Source: Candidatus Levyibacteriota bacterium
GTDB taxonomy: Bacteria; Patescibacteriota; Microgenomatia; Levybacterales; UBA12049
NCBI GenBank assembly: GCA_027334565.1
Contig: DAHWUP010000005.1
Span: forward strand, 1-48,865
Direction of reading: 5' to 3'
Length of the DNA: 48,865 bases
The notes under the pieces are model-generated. The model saw nothing but the letters and a program-made list of their open reading frames with translations, ran no database searches and had not been told where the DNA came from. The position numbers and the translations under genes are program-made. How positions within the stretch are numbered: the first letter of the stretch is position 1; each line of letters starts with the position of its first letter. This document shows, piece by piece, positions 19,145 through 27,942 of this stretch.

Positions 19145-19150
19145 AGCCTC

Positions 19151-20245
19151 ATGACCATCGGTATCGACGCCAGACTATGGAGTAAAACCGGCGTTGGCAG
19201 ATATATCAGAAATCTGGTATTGAATCTCCAGGAGCTTGATAAGAACAACCGTTATATCTTGTTCGCCTTAAAAGAGGATCTGCCTGATTTAAAAGCCAAA
19301 ATCAAAAATCCGGCGTATAAGATCGTTGAAAGCGATATTCGTTGGCACACCTTTTTTGAACAGACACGTTTTTTAAAGGTTCTAGAAAGCGAAAGACTGG
19401 ATCTGATGCATTTCCCGTACATCTCCGTGCCTATTTTTTACCGAAAGCCTTTTTTGGTTACCGTACACGATCTTATTCCGTATCATTTTTCAACCGGCCA
19501 AGCGTCGACCCTGCCTTATCCCCTTTATCTTTTTAAACGAACTGCCTATAAATTGGTGTTAAAAACCGCCGCAAGAAATGCGAAAAAAATAATCGTGCCT
19601 TTGAACGCGGTAAAAAGCGACGTATCAAAGACCTTAAAAGTCGACCCCGCAAAAATCATTGTCACTTATGAGGGAGCAAAGGATGGCCAACCGGATAAAG
19701 GCGGGGCGAAAACCCTAAGAGATAAGTACGGGAGATATCTTTTGTACGTCGGCAATGCCTATCCGCATAAAAATCTAAAAAGGCTGATCGAAGCGTTTTC
19801 CGAGCTTGAAGAAAAAGATATTAAGCTGATGTTGGTAGGGCGTAAAGATTATTTTTATCAAAGACTTGAACAACAGACATCATCCAAAAATGTCATTTTC
19901 TTCGGTTTTGTAAACGATGAGGAGTTGTCCGCATTATATCGCCGCGCTTTGGCTTTGGTTCAACCGTCGATGATGGAGGGATTCGGTTTGCCGGTTTTGG
20001 AAGCGATGGCCAACCGTTGTCCGGTGGTTTGTTCGGATATTCCTTCGCTTACGGAGTTAACAAAAGGTAACGCCGTTTATTTTAACCCCGAGGATACAAA
20101 AGATATGAAACTAAAACTTGAGTCCGTCATCGGGAAAAAGGAAGAATATCGGGAACTTATAGAAAAAGCTTTTGAGCGTTCAAAGGAGTTCTCCTGGGAA
20201 AAAATGACAAAAGAAACCATTAAGATTTATGAATCGGCAGTATGA
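19151..20245 (+). CDS. glycosyltransferase family 4 (GT-B), paralog of 9868..10989
   Basis: 364 aa. Contains MTIGIDAR..., YVGNAYPHKN and PSMMEGFGLPVLEAMANRCPVVCSDIPSLTE. Confidence 0.9.
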   Translation: MTIGIDARLWSKTGVGRYIRNLVLNLQELDKNNRYILFALKEDLPDLKAKIKNPAYKIVESDIRWHTFFEQTRFLKVLESERLDLMHFPYISVPIFYRKPFLVTVHDLIPYHFSTGQASTLPYPLYLFKRTAYKLVLKTAARNAKKIIVPLNAVKSDVSKTLKVDPAKIIVTYEGAKDGQPDKGGAKTLRDKYGRYLLYVGNAYPHKNLKRLIEAFSELEEKDIKLMLVGRKDYFYQRLEQQTSSKNVIFFGFVNDEELSALYRRALALVQPSMMEGFGLPVLEAMANRCPVVCSDIPSLTELTKGNAVYFNPEDTKDMKLKLESVIGKKEEYRELIEKAFERSKEFSWEKMTKETIKIYESAV

Positions 20246-20288
20246 AGGTAGCCTTGAACCTTCGGATTTATTGGGATGATGAGAATAT

Positions 20289-21356
20289 ATGAAAGTTGCA
20301 CTAGTTTACGATCGGATCAATAAATGGGGCGGGGCGGAAAGGATTTTGCTCTTTTTACATCGGATCTTTCCCGATGCCCCATTATATACATCGGTATATA
20401 ACAGGGAAAAGGCCCCATGGGCCGACGTATTTAAGGTCAGGCCTTCTTTTTTGCAAAAGCTCCCGTTTGCTTCGACCTCGCATGAGTCTTTGGCTATTCT
20501 TATGCCGCTTGCTTTTGAAAGCTTTGACTTTAGCGGGTACGATCTGGTGATCTCCCTAACCAGCGAAGCGGCCAAAGGGATCATCACCAAGCCAAAAACC
20601 AAACATCTTTGTATCTTATTAACGCCGACCAGATATCTTTGGAGCGGATACGAGGAATATTTTAAAAATCCGCTGCTTAAGATTTTTTCTTATCCGGCGG
20701 TAAAATACCTGAGGTTTTGGGATAAGATCGCGGCGCAAAGACCGGATAAGCTGCTCGCGATCTCAACGGATGTCAAGCAAAGGATCAAGAAATATTACGG
20801 TCTCTCGGCGCCAACCATCGACCTACCGCTTTTTAGCCTGCGCAAAAATACTTCTTTAAGTGCGCCGGAAGATTATTTTCTGGTAATCTCGCGACTGGTT
20901 TATTACAAACGGGTCGACTTGGCGGTCAAAGTTTTTAACGAACTTAAGCTGCCGCTTAAGATCATCGGCACGGGTTCCGAGGAGAAAAGCTTAAAAAGCA
21001 TGGCTAAGGGTAATATCGAGTTTTTGGGTGAAGTTTCGGATGAGGAGTTGAGTTCTTATTATCAAAACTGCAAGGGTCTTATCTTTCCCGGGCGTGAGGA
21101 TTTCGGTCTGGTGATGGTTGAGGCGCAAAGCTTCGGTAAACCCGTCTTGGCATTTAAGGGGGGCGGGGCGTTGGACATCATCAGAGAAGGAGTAACCGGC
21201 GAGTTTTTTGACGAACAAACCGTTGCAGAGCTTGCAAAAGCGGTGGAAAAATTTAACAATAAAAGATATAATGCAAAAATGTGCGAAGAGAATGCTGCCA
21301 GGTTTTCTTTCGATAATTTCAAAAAAGAGCTTTTGACAACGATAGATAATTTATGA
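20289..21356 (+). CDS. glycosyltransferase family 4 (GT-B)
   Basis: 355 aa. Contains VYDRINKWGGAERIL at the N-terminus and PGREDFGLVMVEAQSFGKPVLAFKGGGALDII in the donor-binding region. Confidence 0.85.
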   Translation: MKVALVYDRINKWGGAERILLFLHRIFPDAPLYTSVYNREKAPWADVFKVRPSFLQKLPFASTSHESLAILMPLAFESFDFSGYDLVISLTSEAAKGIITKPKTKHLCILLTPTRYLWSGYEEYFKNPLLKIFSYPAVKYLRFWDKIAAQRPDKLLAISTDVKQRIKKYYGLSAPTIDLPLFSLRKNTSLSAPEDYFLVISRLVYYKRVDLAVKVFNELKLPLKIIGTGSEEKSLKSMAKGNIEFLGEVSDEELSSYYQNCKGLIFPGREDFGLVMVEAQSFGKPVLAFKGGGALDIIREGVTGEFFDEQTVAELAKAVEKFNNKRYNAKMCEENAARFSFDNFKKELLTTIDNL

Positions 21357-22435
21357 AGATAGTCATATTTGCCGGCGGAGTCGGAACAAGGCTTTGGCCG
21401 TTATCGCGAAAAAACACACCCAAACAGTTTGAAAAGATCATCGGAGAAAAATCGACCTTGCAGCTTGCGGTCGACAGGCTTAAGCCCGATTTCAAACCGC
21501 AGGATATTTATGTCTCGACCGGAAAGAAATACGAGGCACTGGTTCGAAACCATCTTCCCCAAATTCCGGCGGAAAATTTTATCCTTGAACCGGAGATGCG
21601 TGACGTAGGACCGGCCGTAGGCGTGGCAATGGGAATAATAGGCAAGAAACATCCCGATTCGCCGGTCGGAATCGTCTGGAGCGATCATTTCGTCAAAAAG
21701 GAAAGGCGCTTCAGGGAGGTTTTGGAGTTTGCCAAAAGGTTGGTGAATCAACAGCCCGGTTCGATCGTTTTTATCGGTCAGCGTGCAAGGTTTGCCAACC
21801 AGAATTTGGGTTGGCTCGAGTTTGGGGACGAAGTAAGTCAGATGAGGGGAACAAAAATATTCAAATTTAAAAAATTGATCTATAGACCGAGTCTTGAGGA
21901 CGCCGAGATGTTCATGGAGAGCAAAAAATATGCCTGGAATCCGGGTTATTTTGTGACAACCCCTGCTTTCATTCTTGAACAATACAAGCAATTTGCCCCC
22001 AAGATCTTCAAGGGGATCATGAATATCCAACAGGCTGTCGGTACGAGCCGTTTCGAGGAGGTTTTGGGAAAAACCTATCCTACCTTTGAAAAAATAAGTT
22101 TCGACAACGCGATACTGGAAAAAATGGACCCCAAAAATGTCTTTGTCATCGCCGCCGACCTGGGTTGGAGCGACGTCGGTGCCTGGGAAGCTTTGAAAGA
22201 AGCTCTCGAAGTCAACAAAAACGAAAATGTCACCAAGGGAAAAGTATTGATCGAGGATTCTTCGGATAACCTTGTTTTTAATTATACCGACCAGCTGGTC
22301 GTAGGGATAGACCTTGAAAAAATGCTGGTGATCAATACCGATGATGTTCTTTTAGTCTGTTCCAAAAATTCTGTCCCCAAAATAAAAAAGCTGGTAGAAA
22401 GCTTGAACGGAACCGAACACGAGCATCTGACTTAA
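21353..22435 (+). CDS. manC: mannose-1-phosphate guanylyltransferase (nucleotidyltransferase domain, no cupin/PMI domain evident)
   Basis: 360 aa. Carries the GGVGTRLWPLSRKNTPKQF signature of ManC/CpsB-type enzymes. ATGA-coupled. Confidence 0.8.
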   Translation: MKIVIFAGGVGTRLWPLSRKNTPKQFEKIIGEKSTLQLAVDRLKPDFKPQDIYVSTGKKYEALVRNHLPQIPAENFILEPEMRDVGPAVGVAMGIIGKKHPDSPVGIVWSDHFVKKERRFREVLEFAKRLVNQQPGSIVFIGQRARFANQNLGWLEFGDEVSQMRGTKIFKFKKLIYRPSLEDAEMFMESKKYAWNPGYFVTTPAFILEQYKQFAPKIFKGIMNIQQAVGTSRFEEVLGKTYPTFEKISFDNAILEKMDPKNVFVIAADLGWSDVGAWEALKEALEVNKNENVTKGKVLIEDSSDNLVFNYTDQLVVGIDLEKMLVINTDDVLLVCSKNSVPKIKKLVESLNGTEHEHLT

Positions 22436-22441
22436 AACTTT

Positions 22442-23107
22442 ATGCCGACTACAGAGGTTAAAAAAAGCGGTTTTTATGAGATCACCAAAAGGGTAATGGA
22501 CGTCGTTTTTGCATGTATCCTGCTGGTTATATTTTCGCCGGTAATTCTTGTCGTAGCGGTTTCCATCAAACTCGATTCCGACGGTCCGGTCATGGCGGAC
22601 ACTCCCCAAAGGGTAGGAAAGGGAGGCAGGGGTTTTAAAATGTATAAATTCAGAAGCATGATCCAGAACGCGCACAGGCTGTTAAGAAGTAACCCAAAGT
22701 ATCAGGATCTTTTCGAAAAGTATAAAAAGAACAGTTATAAGCTGAAAAGGGATCCGAGAATAACCAGGGTCGGCCATTTCATCAGAAAGCATTCCATCGA
22801 CGAAGTACCCCAGCTTTTAAACGTTCTAAAAGGCGATATGAGTCTCGTTGGGCCGAGAGCTTATTATCCGGACGAGCTGATCGAGCAACAGAAAAAATAT
22901 CCCAAAACCAAGGAAGCGGTTAAGGTGGTTTTATCGATCAAGCCGGGAATCACCGGATACTGGCAGGTTTCGGGAAGAAGCGCCATAAATTTTGACAAAA
23001 GGATAGAAATGGATGCGATGTATGTCAGAAAGCGCTCGATAATTTACGACCTTTGGATAATCTTAAAAACTCCCTGGGCGATGATCTCCGGCAAAGGCGC
23101 GTTATAG
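22442..23107 (+). CDS. initiating polyprenyl-phosphate phosphoglycosyltransferase (small bacterial sugar transferase, PglC/WbaP C-domain type)
   Basis: 221 aa. It has one N-terminal hydrophobic helix. The hallmark block is DEVPQLLNVLKGDMSLVGPRA, with PGITGYWQVSGRS downstream. Confidence 0.9.
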   Translation: MPTTEVKKSGFYEITKRVMDVVFACILLVIFSPVILVVAVSIKLDSDGPVMADTPQRVGKGGRGFKMYKFRSMIQNAHRLLRSNPKYQDLFEKYKKNSYKLKRDPRITRVGHFIRKHSIDEVPQLLNVLKGDMSLVGPRAYYPDELIEQQKKYPKTKEAVKVVLSIKPGITGYWQVSGRSAINFDKRIEMDAMYVRKRSIIYDLWIILKTPWAMISGKGAL

Positions 23108-23120
23108 GTTTTACGACGGG

Positions 23121-23150
23121 TTGACAGGAAAAGCGGTTTCAAGGTATGAT
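23121..23150 (+). promoter_or_regulatory. candidate promoter TTGACA-18-TATGAT
   Basis: TTGACA is at 23121-23126 and TATGAT at 23145-23150. The -10 overlaps the tracked ATG at 23146. The in-frame ATG at 23158 lies 7 nt downstream of the -10. Confidence 0.45.
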
Positions 23151-25161
23151 ATTTGTTATGGATGGACTTGAAAAGATAAATTTTAATCTGGAAAAACAAT
23201 CTATCGGCAATACCAGTCCATCACAACCAACACAGATTCCCAAGGTAAACGATTTCCGTAACAATGCAATGAAAAAAAGACAAATAAAGTTTGGTTTTAA
23301 AGGGCTTTTTGGGGGCAGAAACATAGTTATCGCCGGTGTTTTGCTACTTATTTTGATCCTGTTTTCGGTTTTTGGAATCTATCTTCCGGCTCAAAAAGCT
23401 TACAAGGACGCAAAGCTGACTTACGCCGACGCACAGGCTGCGGCCTGGGCAATAAAAACCCAGAACGTCCAGCTGGCTTCGGACCAGCTGGCAAAGACCA
23501 AGACCGATCTGGACAAAACTCAAAAAGATGTCGAGGCGATGGGGTATCTAAAGTACATCCCGGTTGTCAACTGGTACTATGGCGACGCATATCATATGGT
23601 TAACGCCGGAGAACACGGTCTTAACGCGGCCATCATTCTGGTCGACGCGATCAAACCGTACGCCGATGTTTTGGGTCTTAAGGGACAGGGGAGTTTTGCC
23701 GGAGGGACGGCGCAACAGCGTATCGAAACGGCCGTAAGAACGCTGGGTAAGATCACTCCCCAAATAGACACCATCTCAAGCGAACTCGACGCGGTTAGAA
23801 GCGAAATCGATCAGGTCGACCCGAATCATTATCCGTCGTTCTCTTACGGTAAAAAAGCCAGGGATGCGATCGCCAACATCAAGAACATCACCGATGAAAG
23901 TGTCAGCCTGATCAACAACGCCAAACCGCTTATAAAAATCCTCCCGTCCGTGTTGGGAAACCCGAACGAAGTAAAATACTTGCTCTTATTCCAGAACGAC
24001 AAGGAGCTTCGCCCGACCGGCGGGTTCATCACCGCTTATGCGGTTTTCAGACTCGACAGCGGGGTGGTCCATGTGGACGAATCCGGGGATATTTATAGTC
24101 TTGACGCAACGGTTCCCAACAAGCCTACCGCACCCGCGCCTATTTTAAAATATTTGGCGAACGTCCCGGTTTTAAACTTAAGGGATAACAATCTGTCACC
24201 CGATTTTAAGGTTTCGATGGACTCTTTCTATAAAATGTATCAAACCGCCGGCGGTGCGACCAATGTTAACGGAATCATCGCGGTCGACACCCACGCGCTG
24301 GTGTCGGCGATGAACATTTTAGGAGACATCAGCGCGGACGGATCAACTTTTACCACCAAAAACGATCCTTATTGCAATTGTCCGGATGTAATTTATCAGC
24401 TTGAGCAAATAGCCGACCAGCCGGTTGAAGGGATCAAGACGAACAGAAAAGGGATTATCGGAGACCTGATGTACGCTATTATGTATAAAGCTTTTTCATC
24501 TTCCCCCAAACTTTATTGGGGGCCGTTGTTTCAGGTGATGTTAACGGAAATGAACGAAAAACACATCCTCTTTTATATGAACGATCCTCAGGCGCAGGCA
24601 GGTTTCGAGGGATTAAATGCCGCCGGAAGAATAGTGCCGTTCAACGGTGATTATTTCCATCTTAACGAGGCTAATTTCGGCGGGGCAAAATCAAACATGT
24701 TCGTGACCGAGTCGGTGTCACAGGATTATAGTCTTGGGAATGACGGCACGATCCAAAAGACGGTGACGGTTAATTACAAAAATCCGTATCCGCCTTCCGA
24801 TTGCAATCTGGCCAGAGGAAACTTATGTTTGAATGCGACACTTAGGGACTGGTTCAGGATATATGTTCCCAAAGGCAGTCAGCTTATTTCTTCAACCGGC
24901 TCGGAAGTGAAAATGACCACATACGATGATTTGGGAAAAACCGTATTCGAGGGATTCTTAACGGTCAGGCCCCAAGGCGCCTCAACACTGACGGTAACCT
25001 ATAAGCTGCCGTTTAAGTTGGGAAACAATTCCGTGTTGCCTTTGCTTATCCAAAAACAACCCGGAACGGATAATTTTGCCTATACGATCACCAAAGGCAA
25101 CGGAATTTTGAAACAGTTCAATTTGTCTTCAGATACTACTTTGAATCTTCAGCTAAGATAA
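23146..25161 (+). CDS. DUF4012-like membrane-anchored extracytoplasmic protein, unknown function
   Basis: 671 aa. It has an N-terminal TM helix, a coiled-coil-like stretch and the block LLLFQNDKELRPTGGFITAYAVFRLDSG, which I recognise as DUF4012-like. The true start may be ATG 23158. Confidence 0.7.
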   Translation: MIFVMDGLEKINFNLEKQSIGNTSPSQPTQIPKVNDFRNNAMKKRQIKFGFKGLFGGRNIVIAGVLLLILILFSVFGIYLPAQKAYKDAKLTYADAQAAAWAIKTQNVQLASDQLAKTKTDLDKTQKDVEAMGYLKYIPVVNWYYGDAYHMVNAGEHGLNAAIILVDAIKPYADVLGLKGQGSFAGGTAQQRIETAVRTLGKITPQIDTISSELDAVRSEIDQVDPNHYPSFSYGKKARDAIANIKNITDESVSLINNAKPLIKILPSVLGNPNEVKYLLLFQNDKELRPTGGFITAYAVFRLDSGVVHVDESGDIYSLDATVPNKPTAPAPILKYLANVPVLNLRDNNLSPDFKVSMDSFYKMYQTAGGATNVNGIIAVDTHALVSAMNILGDISADGSTFTTKNDPYCNCPDVIYQLEQIADQPVEGIKTNRKGIIGDLMYAIMYKAFSSSPKLYWGPLFQVMLTEMNEKHILFYMNDPQAQAGFEGLNAAGRIVPFNGDYFHLNEANFGGAKSNMFVTESVSQDYSLGNDGTIQKTVTVNYKNPYPPSDCNLARGNLCLNATLRDWFRIYVPKGSQLISSTGSEVKMTTYDDLGKTVFEGFLTVRPQGASTLTVTYKLPFKLGNNSVLPLLIQKQPGTDNFAYTITKGNGILKQFNLSSDTTLNLQLR

Positions 25162-25165
25162 GTTT

Positions 25166-25708
25166 ATGAGGGCATATAAGACCGAAGGGATTGTCATTAG
25201 GCGTAAAAATTATCTCGAGGCAGACAGAATCCTAACAATTTTTACCAGGCGTAAGGGTAAAATCAGGGTCAAGGCAAAAGGGGTCCGTAAAATTACCAGC
25301 CGCCGGTCGGGCCATATCGAACTTTTAAATCATTCCGTGTTCAGCCTGTATCAGGGTCAGGCGATGCCTGTTTTAACCGAGGCGGAAACCCTTAAGAATT
25401 ATTCCATGCTTAAAAAAGATTTAAAGCGTATCGGTATCGCTTATCATTTCTGTGAGCTTGTAGACGGTTTGTGTCCCGAAAATCAGGAAAACGAAGAAAT
25501 TTTTATACTGTTACAACAGGCCTTGGATACCATTTCAAGCGACGAAAGACTTGACTTAATCACTCACCGGTTCGAGTTAAAACTGTTAACGCTATTGGGC
25601 TTTTCAAGCCCCGGCCAAAAAATGGACAAGGAAGAGGCGGAGAATTTCATCGAATCGATTTTGGAACGAAAACTTAAAACAAAACAGCTCCTGCCCAGGC
25701 TTTCCTAA
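25166..25708 (+). CDS. recO: DNA repair protein RecO (short form)
   Basis: 180 aa. The N-terminal OB-fold pattern is MRAYKTEGIVIRRKNYLEADRILTIFT..GKIRVKAKGVRK. It lies directly upstream of glycyl-tRNA synthetase, as in many Gram-positive genomes. Confidence 0.8.
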   Translation: MRAYKTEGIVIRRKNYLEADRILTIFTRRKGKIRVKAKGVRKITSRRSGHIELLNHSVFSLYQGQAMPVLTEAETLKNYSMLKKDLKRIGIAYHFCELVDGLCPENQENEEIFILLQQALDTISSDERLDLITHRFELKLLTLLGFSSPGQKMDKEEAENFIESILERKLKTKQLLPRLS

Positions 25709-25730
25709 ATCTTTTAAGTTAGGCTTCTTT

Positions 25731-25739
25731 TTGTTATGA
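25731..25739 (+). promoter_or_regulatory. extended -10 (TGTTATGAT) 7 nt upstream of ATG 25747
   Basis: TG is at 25731-25732 and TATGAT at 25734-25739, followed by ttggcat and then ATG. There is no Shine-Dalgarno sequence. Confidence 0.4.
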
Positions 25740-25746
25740 TTGGCAT

Positions 25747-27033
25747 ATGGATAACAATCTGATGGATAAAATTGTTGCCTTGTGCAAAAGGCGTGGTTTT
25801 ATTTATCCCGGGTCGGAAATTTACGGAGGACTTACCGGTACCTGGGATTACGGCCCTTTGGGTACTTTGCTTAAAAAAAACATCAAGGACCAGTGGTTTA
25901 GAACCAATGTGCAACTGCGAAACGATGTGGTCGGGGTGGATGCCGCGATAATGATGAATCCGACGGTTTGGGAAAAGTCGGGGCATTTGGAAGCGTTTAC
26001 GGACCCTCTGGTCGAATGCAAAACCTGCCATCAGCGCTTCAGGGCGGACAAGGAAGAAGAGATCAAAGCGCACGAAAAGACCCATCAGGGCAAAGCAGGC
26101 TGGACAACTCCTCAAAAATTCAACCTTCTGGTAAAAGCATTCTTAGGTATCATTGAAGGCGCTCAGGACGAGATCTTTTTAAGAGGCGAGATCACCCAAG
26201 GCGCGTTTGTAAATTTCGAAAACATCGTTTCCTCGACCAGGGTTAAGATCCCTTTCGGGATAGCACAGATCGGCAAAGCCTTCCGGAATGAGATTACTCC
26301 GGGGAATTTCACGTTCAGAAGCAGGGAGTTTGAGCAGATGGAAATTGAATACTTCATAAGACCCGAAGAAAAAGAAGGCAACGTGTGGTTTGAATACTGG
26401 AAAAACACAAGAATGGAATGGTATCTGTCGCTTGGTATCAAAAAGGAAAATTTAAGATTTCGAAAACACGAAGACAGGGAGCGGGCGCATTATGCCAGGT
26501 TTGCCGAAGACATCGAGTATAAAGCGCCTTTCGGTTGGGCGGAGTTTGAGGGAATCCACCATCGGGGCGACTGGGACCTGTCAAGACATAACCTGTCTTA
26601 TGTAGGCGACGACGGTAAAAAATTCACTCCCTGGGTGATCGAAACTTCGGGTGGGGTCGACAGAAGCCTGTTGTTCTTTTTGCTTGATGCGTACCATGAA
26701 GAAGGCGAAAGGACGATCTTAAAATTAAACCCGAAATTGGCGCCATATAAGGTGGCGGTCTTTCCGTTACTTGCGAACAAAGAAAAACTGGTCAACCTTG
26801 CCCGCGGAATTTATGACGACTTAAAACAGCAAATGATGGTAGCCTGGGACGAACGGGGAAATATAGGTAAAAGGTATTACGCGCAGGATGAGGCGGGAAC
26901 GCCGTATTGTGTGACCGTCGATTTTCAAAGCCTTGAGGATAAAACCGTAACCGTCCGCGACCGCGATACCGCCAAACAGGAGCGGATTAAGATCACAAAT
27001 CTTTCCGAATATTTTTTAAGTAGACTTTCCTAA
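25747..27033 (+). CDS. glyQS: glycine--tRNA ligase (alpha2 homodimeric class II type)
   Basis: 428 aa. The N-terminus reads MDKIVALCKRRGFIYPGSEIYGGLTGTWDYGPLG. FRNEITPGNFTFRSREFEQMEIEYF forms motif 2 and the C-terminus is an anticodon-binding domain. Confidence 0.95.
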   Translation: MDNNLMDKIVALCKRRGFIYPGSEIYGGLTGTWDYGPLGTLLKKNIKDQWFRTNVQLRNDVVGVDAAIMMNPTVWEKSGHLEAFTDPLVECKTCHQRFRADKEEEIKAHEKTHQGKAGWTTPQKFNLLVKAFLGIIEGAQDEIFLRGEITQGAFVNFENIVSSTRVKIPFGIAQIGKAFRNEITPGNFTFRSREFEQMEIEYFIRPEEKEGNVWFEYWKNTRMEWYLSLGIKKENLRFRKHEDRERAHYARFAEDIEYKAPFGWAEFEGIHHRGDWDLSRHNLSYVGDDGKKFTPWVIETSGGVDRSLLFFLLDAYHEEGERTILKLNPKLAPYKVAVFPLLANKEKLVNLARGIYDDLKQQMMVAWDERGNIGKRYYAQDEAGTPYCVTVDFQSLEDKTVTVRDRDTAKQERIKITNLSEYFLSRLS

Positions 27034-27060
27034 GTAACGGGTTGTACCAGTAAATCATAG

Positions 27061-27089
27061 TTGACAACGGCTGGTGATAGTGTAATTAT
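27061..27089 (+). promoter_or_regulatory. orphan promoter-like element TTGACA-17-AATTAT with TG at -15/-14
   Basis: TTGACA is at 27061-27066, TG at 27081-27082 and AATTAT at 27084-89. It lies downstream of glyQS and points at the terminator hairpin at 27119-27157 with no ORF in between. Confidence 0.3.
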
Positions 27090-27118
27090 GTATAAATCGC
27101 AGAATTTATAACCTGCCT

Positions 27119-27157
27119 AAAACAACCCATACGGATTTTTCCTCTGGGTTGTTTTTT
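27119..27157. terminator. bidirectional intrinsic terminator between convergent glyQS and crp-family gene
   Basis: Perfect 11-bp inverted repeat: AAAACAACCCA (27119-27129) and TGGGTTGTTTT (27145-27155), with a 15-nt loop. An A-run lies on one side and a T-run on the other, so it reads as stem plus U-tract on both strands. Confidence 0.5.
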
Positions 27158-27839
27158 AGAAGATAATGTGGTCGGCAGCAAAAGTTGCGAATTCATCTTC
27201 AAGTTTTTTAATGTTTTTAACGATGATCTTATGGTCGACCTGTTCGATGATCTTTTCCTTTTCGAGTTTCTCAAGTTCCCGGCTGGTCGCTTCCCTTGAA
27301 AGCCCGGCCAGAGTACCGATTATGCGATGGGTCAACGGCACCTCTATGGCCATATGGTTGTTTTTATTGGGGTTTGAGAACCTTCGCGCCAGCATTAAAA
27401 TGACCGCGCAAACCTGATTATAGGCATTTTTGGATAACAGGATGTCCATCAACTTGGTCAGTCCTTCCAAACCGCTTAAAATTCTTCTGGTGAGATCAAG
27501 TAGAACTACGGGGTTACTTTTCAAAAACTCGGCCACCTCGTTCTTGGGCGCTTTTAAAAGTTCGACATCGGTCAGGCATTCGAAAAAATAAATATTCGGA
27601 GAATCGCTAAGTGCCCAAATCATCGGGAAGAACATGCCCGGTTTATAGATATTGAAAGTCAATTCTCTTCCGTCCTTGGAGATAAGGAACAACCGGACAA
27701 AACCGGACTTGATATAGAAAACACCGGACGGCTCCAATCCGGGTTCGATGATTATCTGTTCTTTTTTATAATGTTTCGAACTGTTGAATTTTAAAAAAAA
27801 TTCTTCGTCGAATTGTTTGAGTGATTTTCCGGTTGCCAT
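27156..27839 (-). CDS. Crp/Fnr-family transcriptional regulator (cNMP-binding-like domain plus C-terminal HTH)
   Basis: 227 aa. The beta-roll region reads GVFYIKSGFVRLFLISKDGRELTFNIYKPGMFF. The C-terminal HTH reads THRIIGTLAGLSREATSRELEKLEKEKII. Confidence 0.85.
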   Translation of the reverse strand: MATGKSLKQFDEEFFLKFNSSKHYKKEQIIIEPGLEPSGVFYIKSGFVRLFLISKDGRELTFNIYKPGMFFPMIWALSDSPNIYFFECLTDVELLKAPKNEVAEFLKSNPVVLLDLTRRILSGLEGLTKLMDILLSKNAYNQVCAVILMLARRFSNPNKNNHMAIEVPLTHRIIGTLAGLSREATSRELEKLEKEKIIEQVDHKIIVKNIKKLEDEFATFAADHIIF

Positions 27840-27942
27840 AATTTACAAGCTTTTTATAGTAACCTTAAGCAGATTTTAATCTTTGTGTTACAAAATAGCA
27901 ACAACTATTATGCAGGTTAACTTAATCGATTATAACACATTT

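Noticed and set aside
21401-22030. 209-aa ORF antisense to the ManC gene
   Set aside because: It lies entirely inside a gene with a clear conserved signature on the opposite strand. It has no recognisable motifs and no start context. It is a typical shadow ORF.
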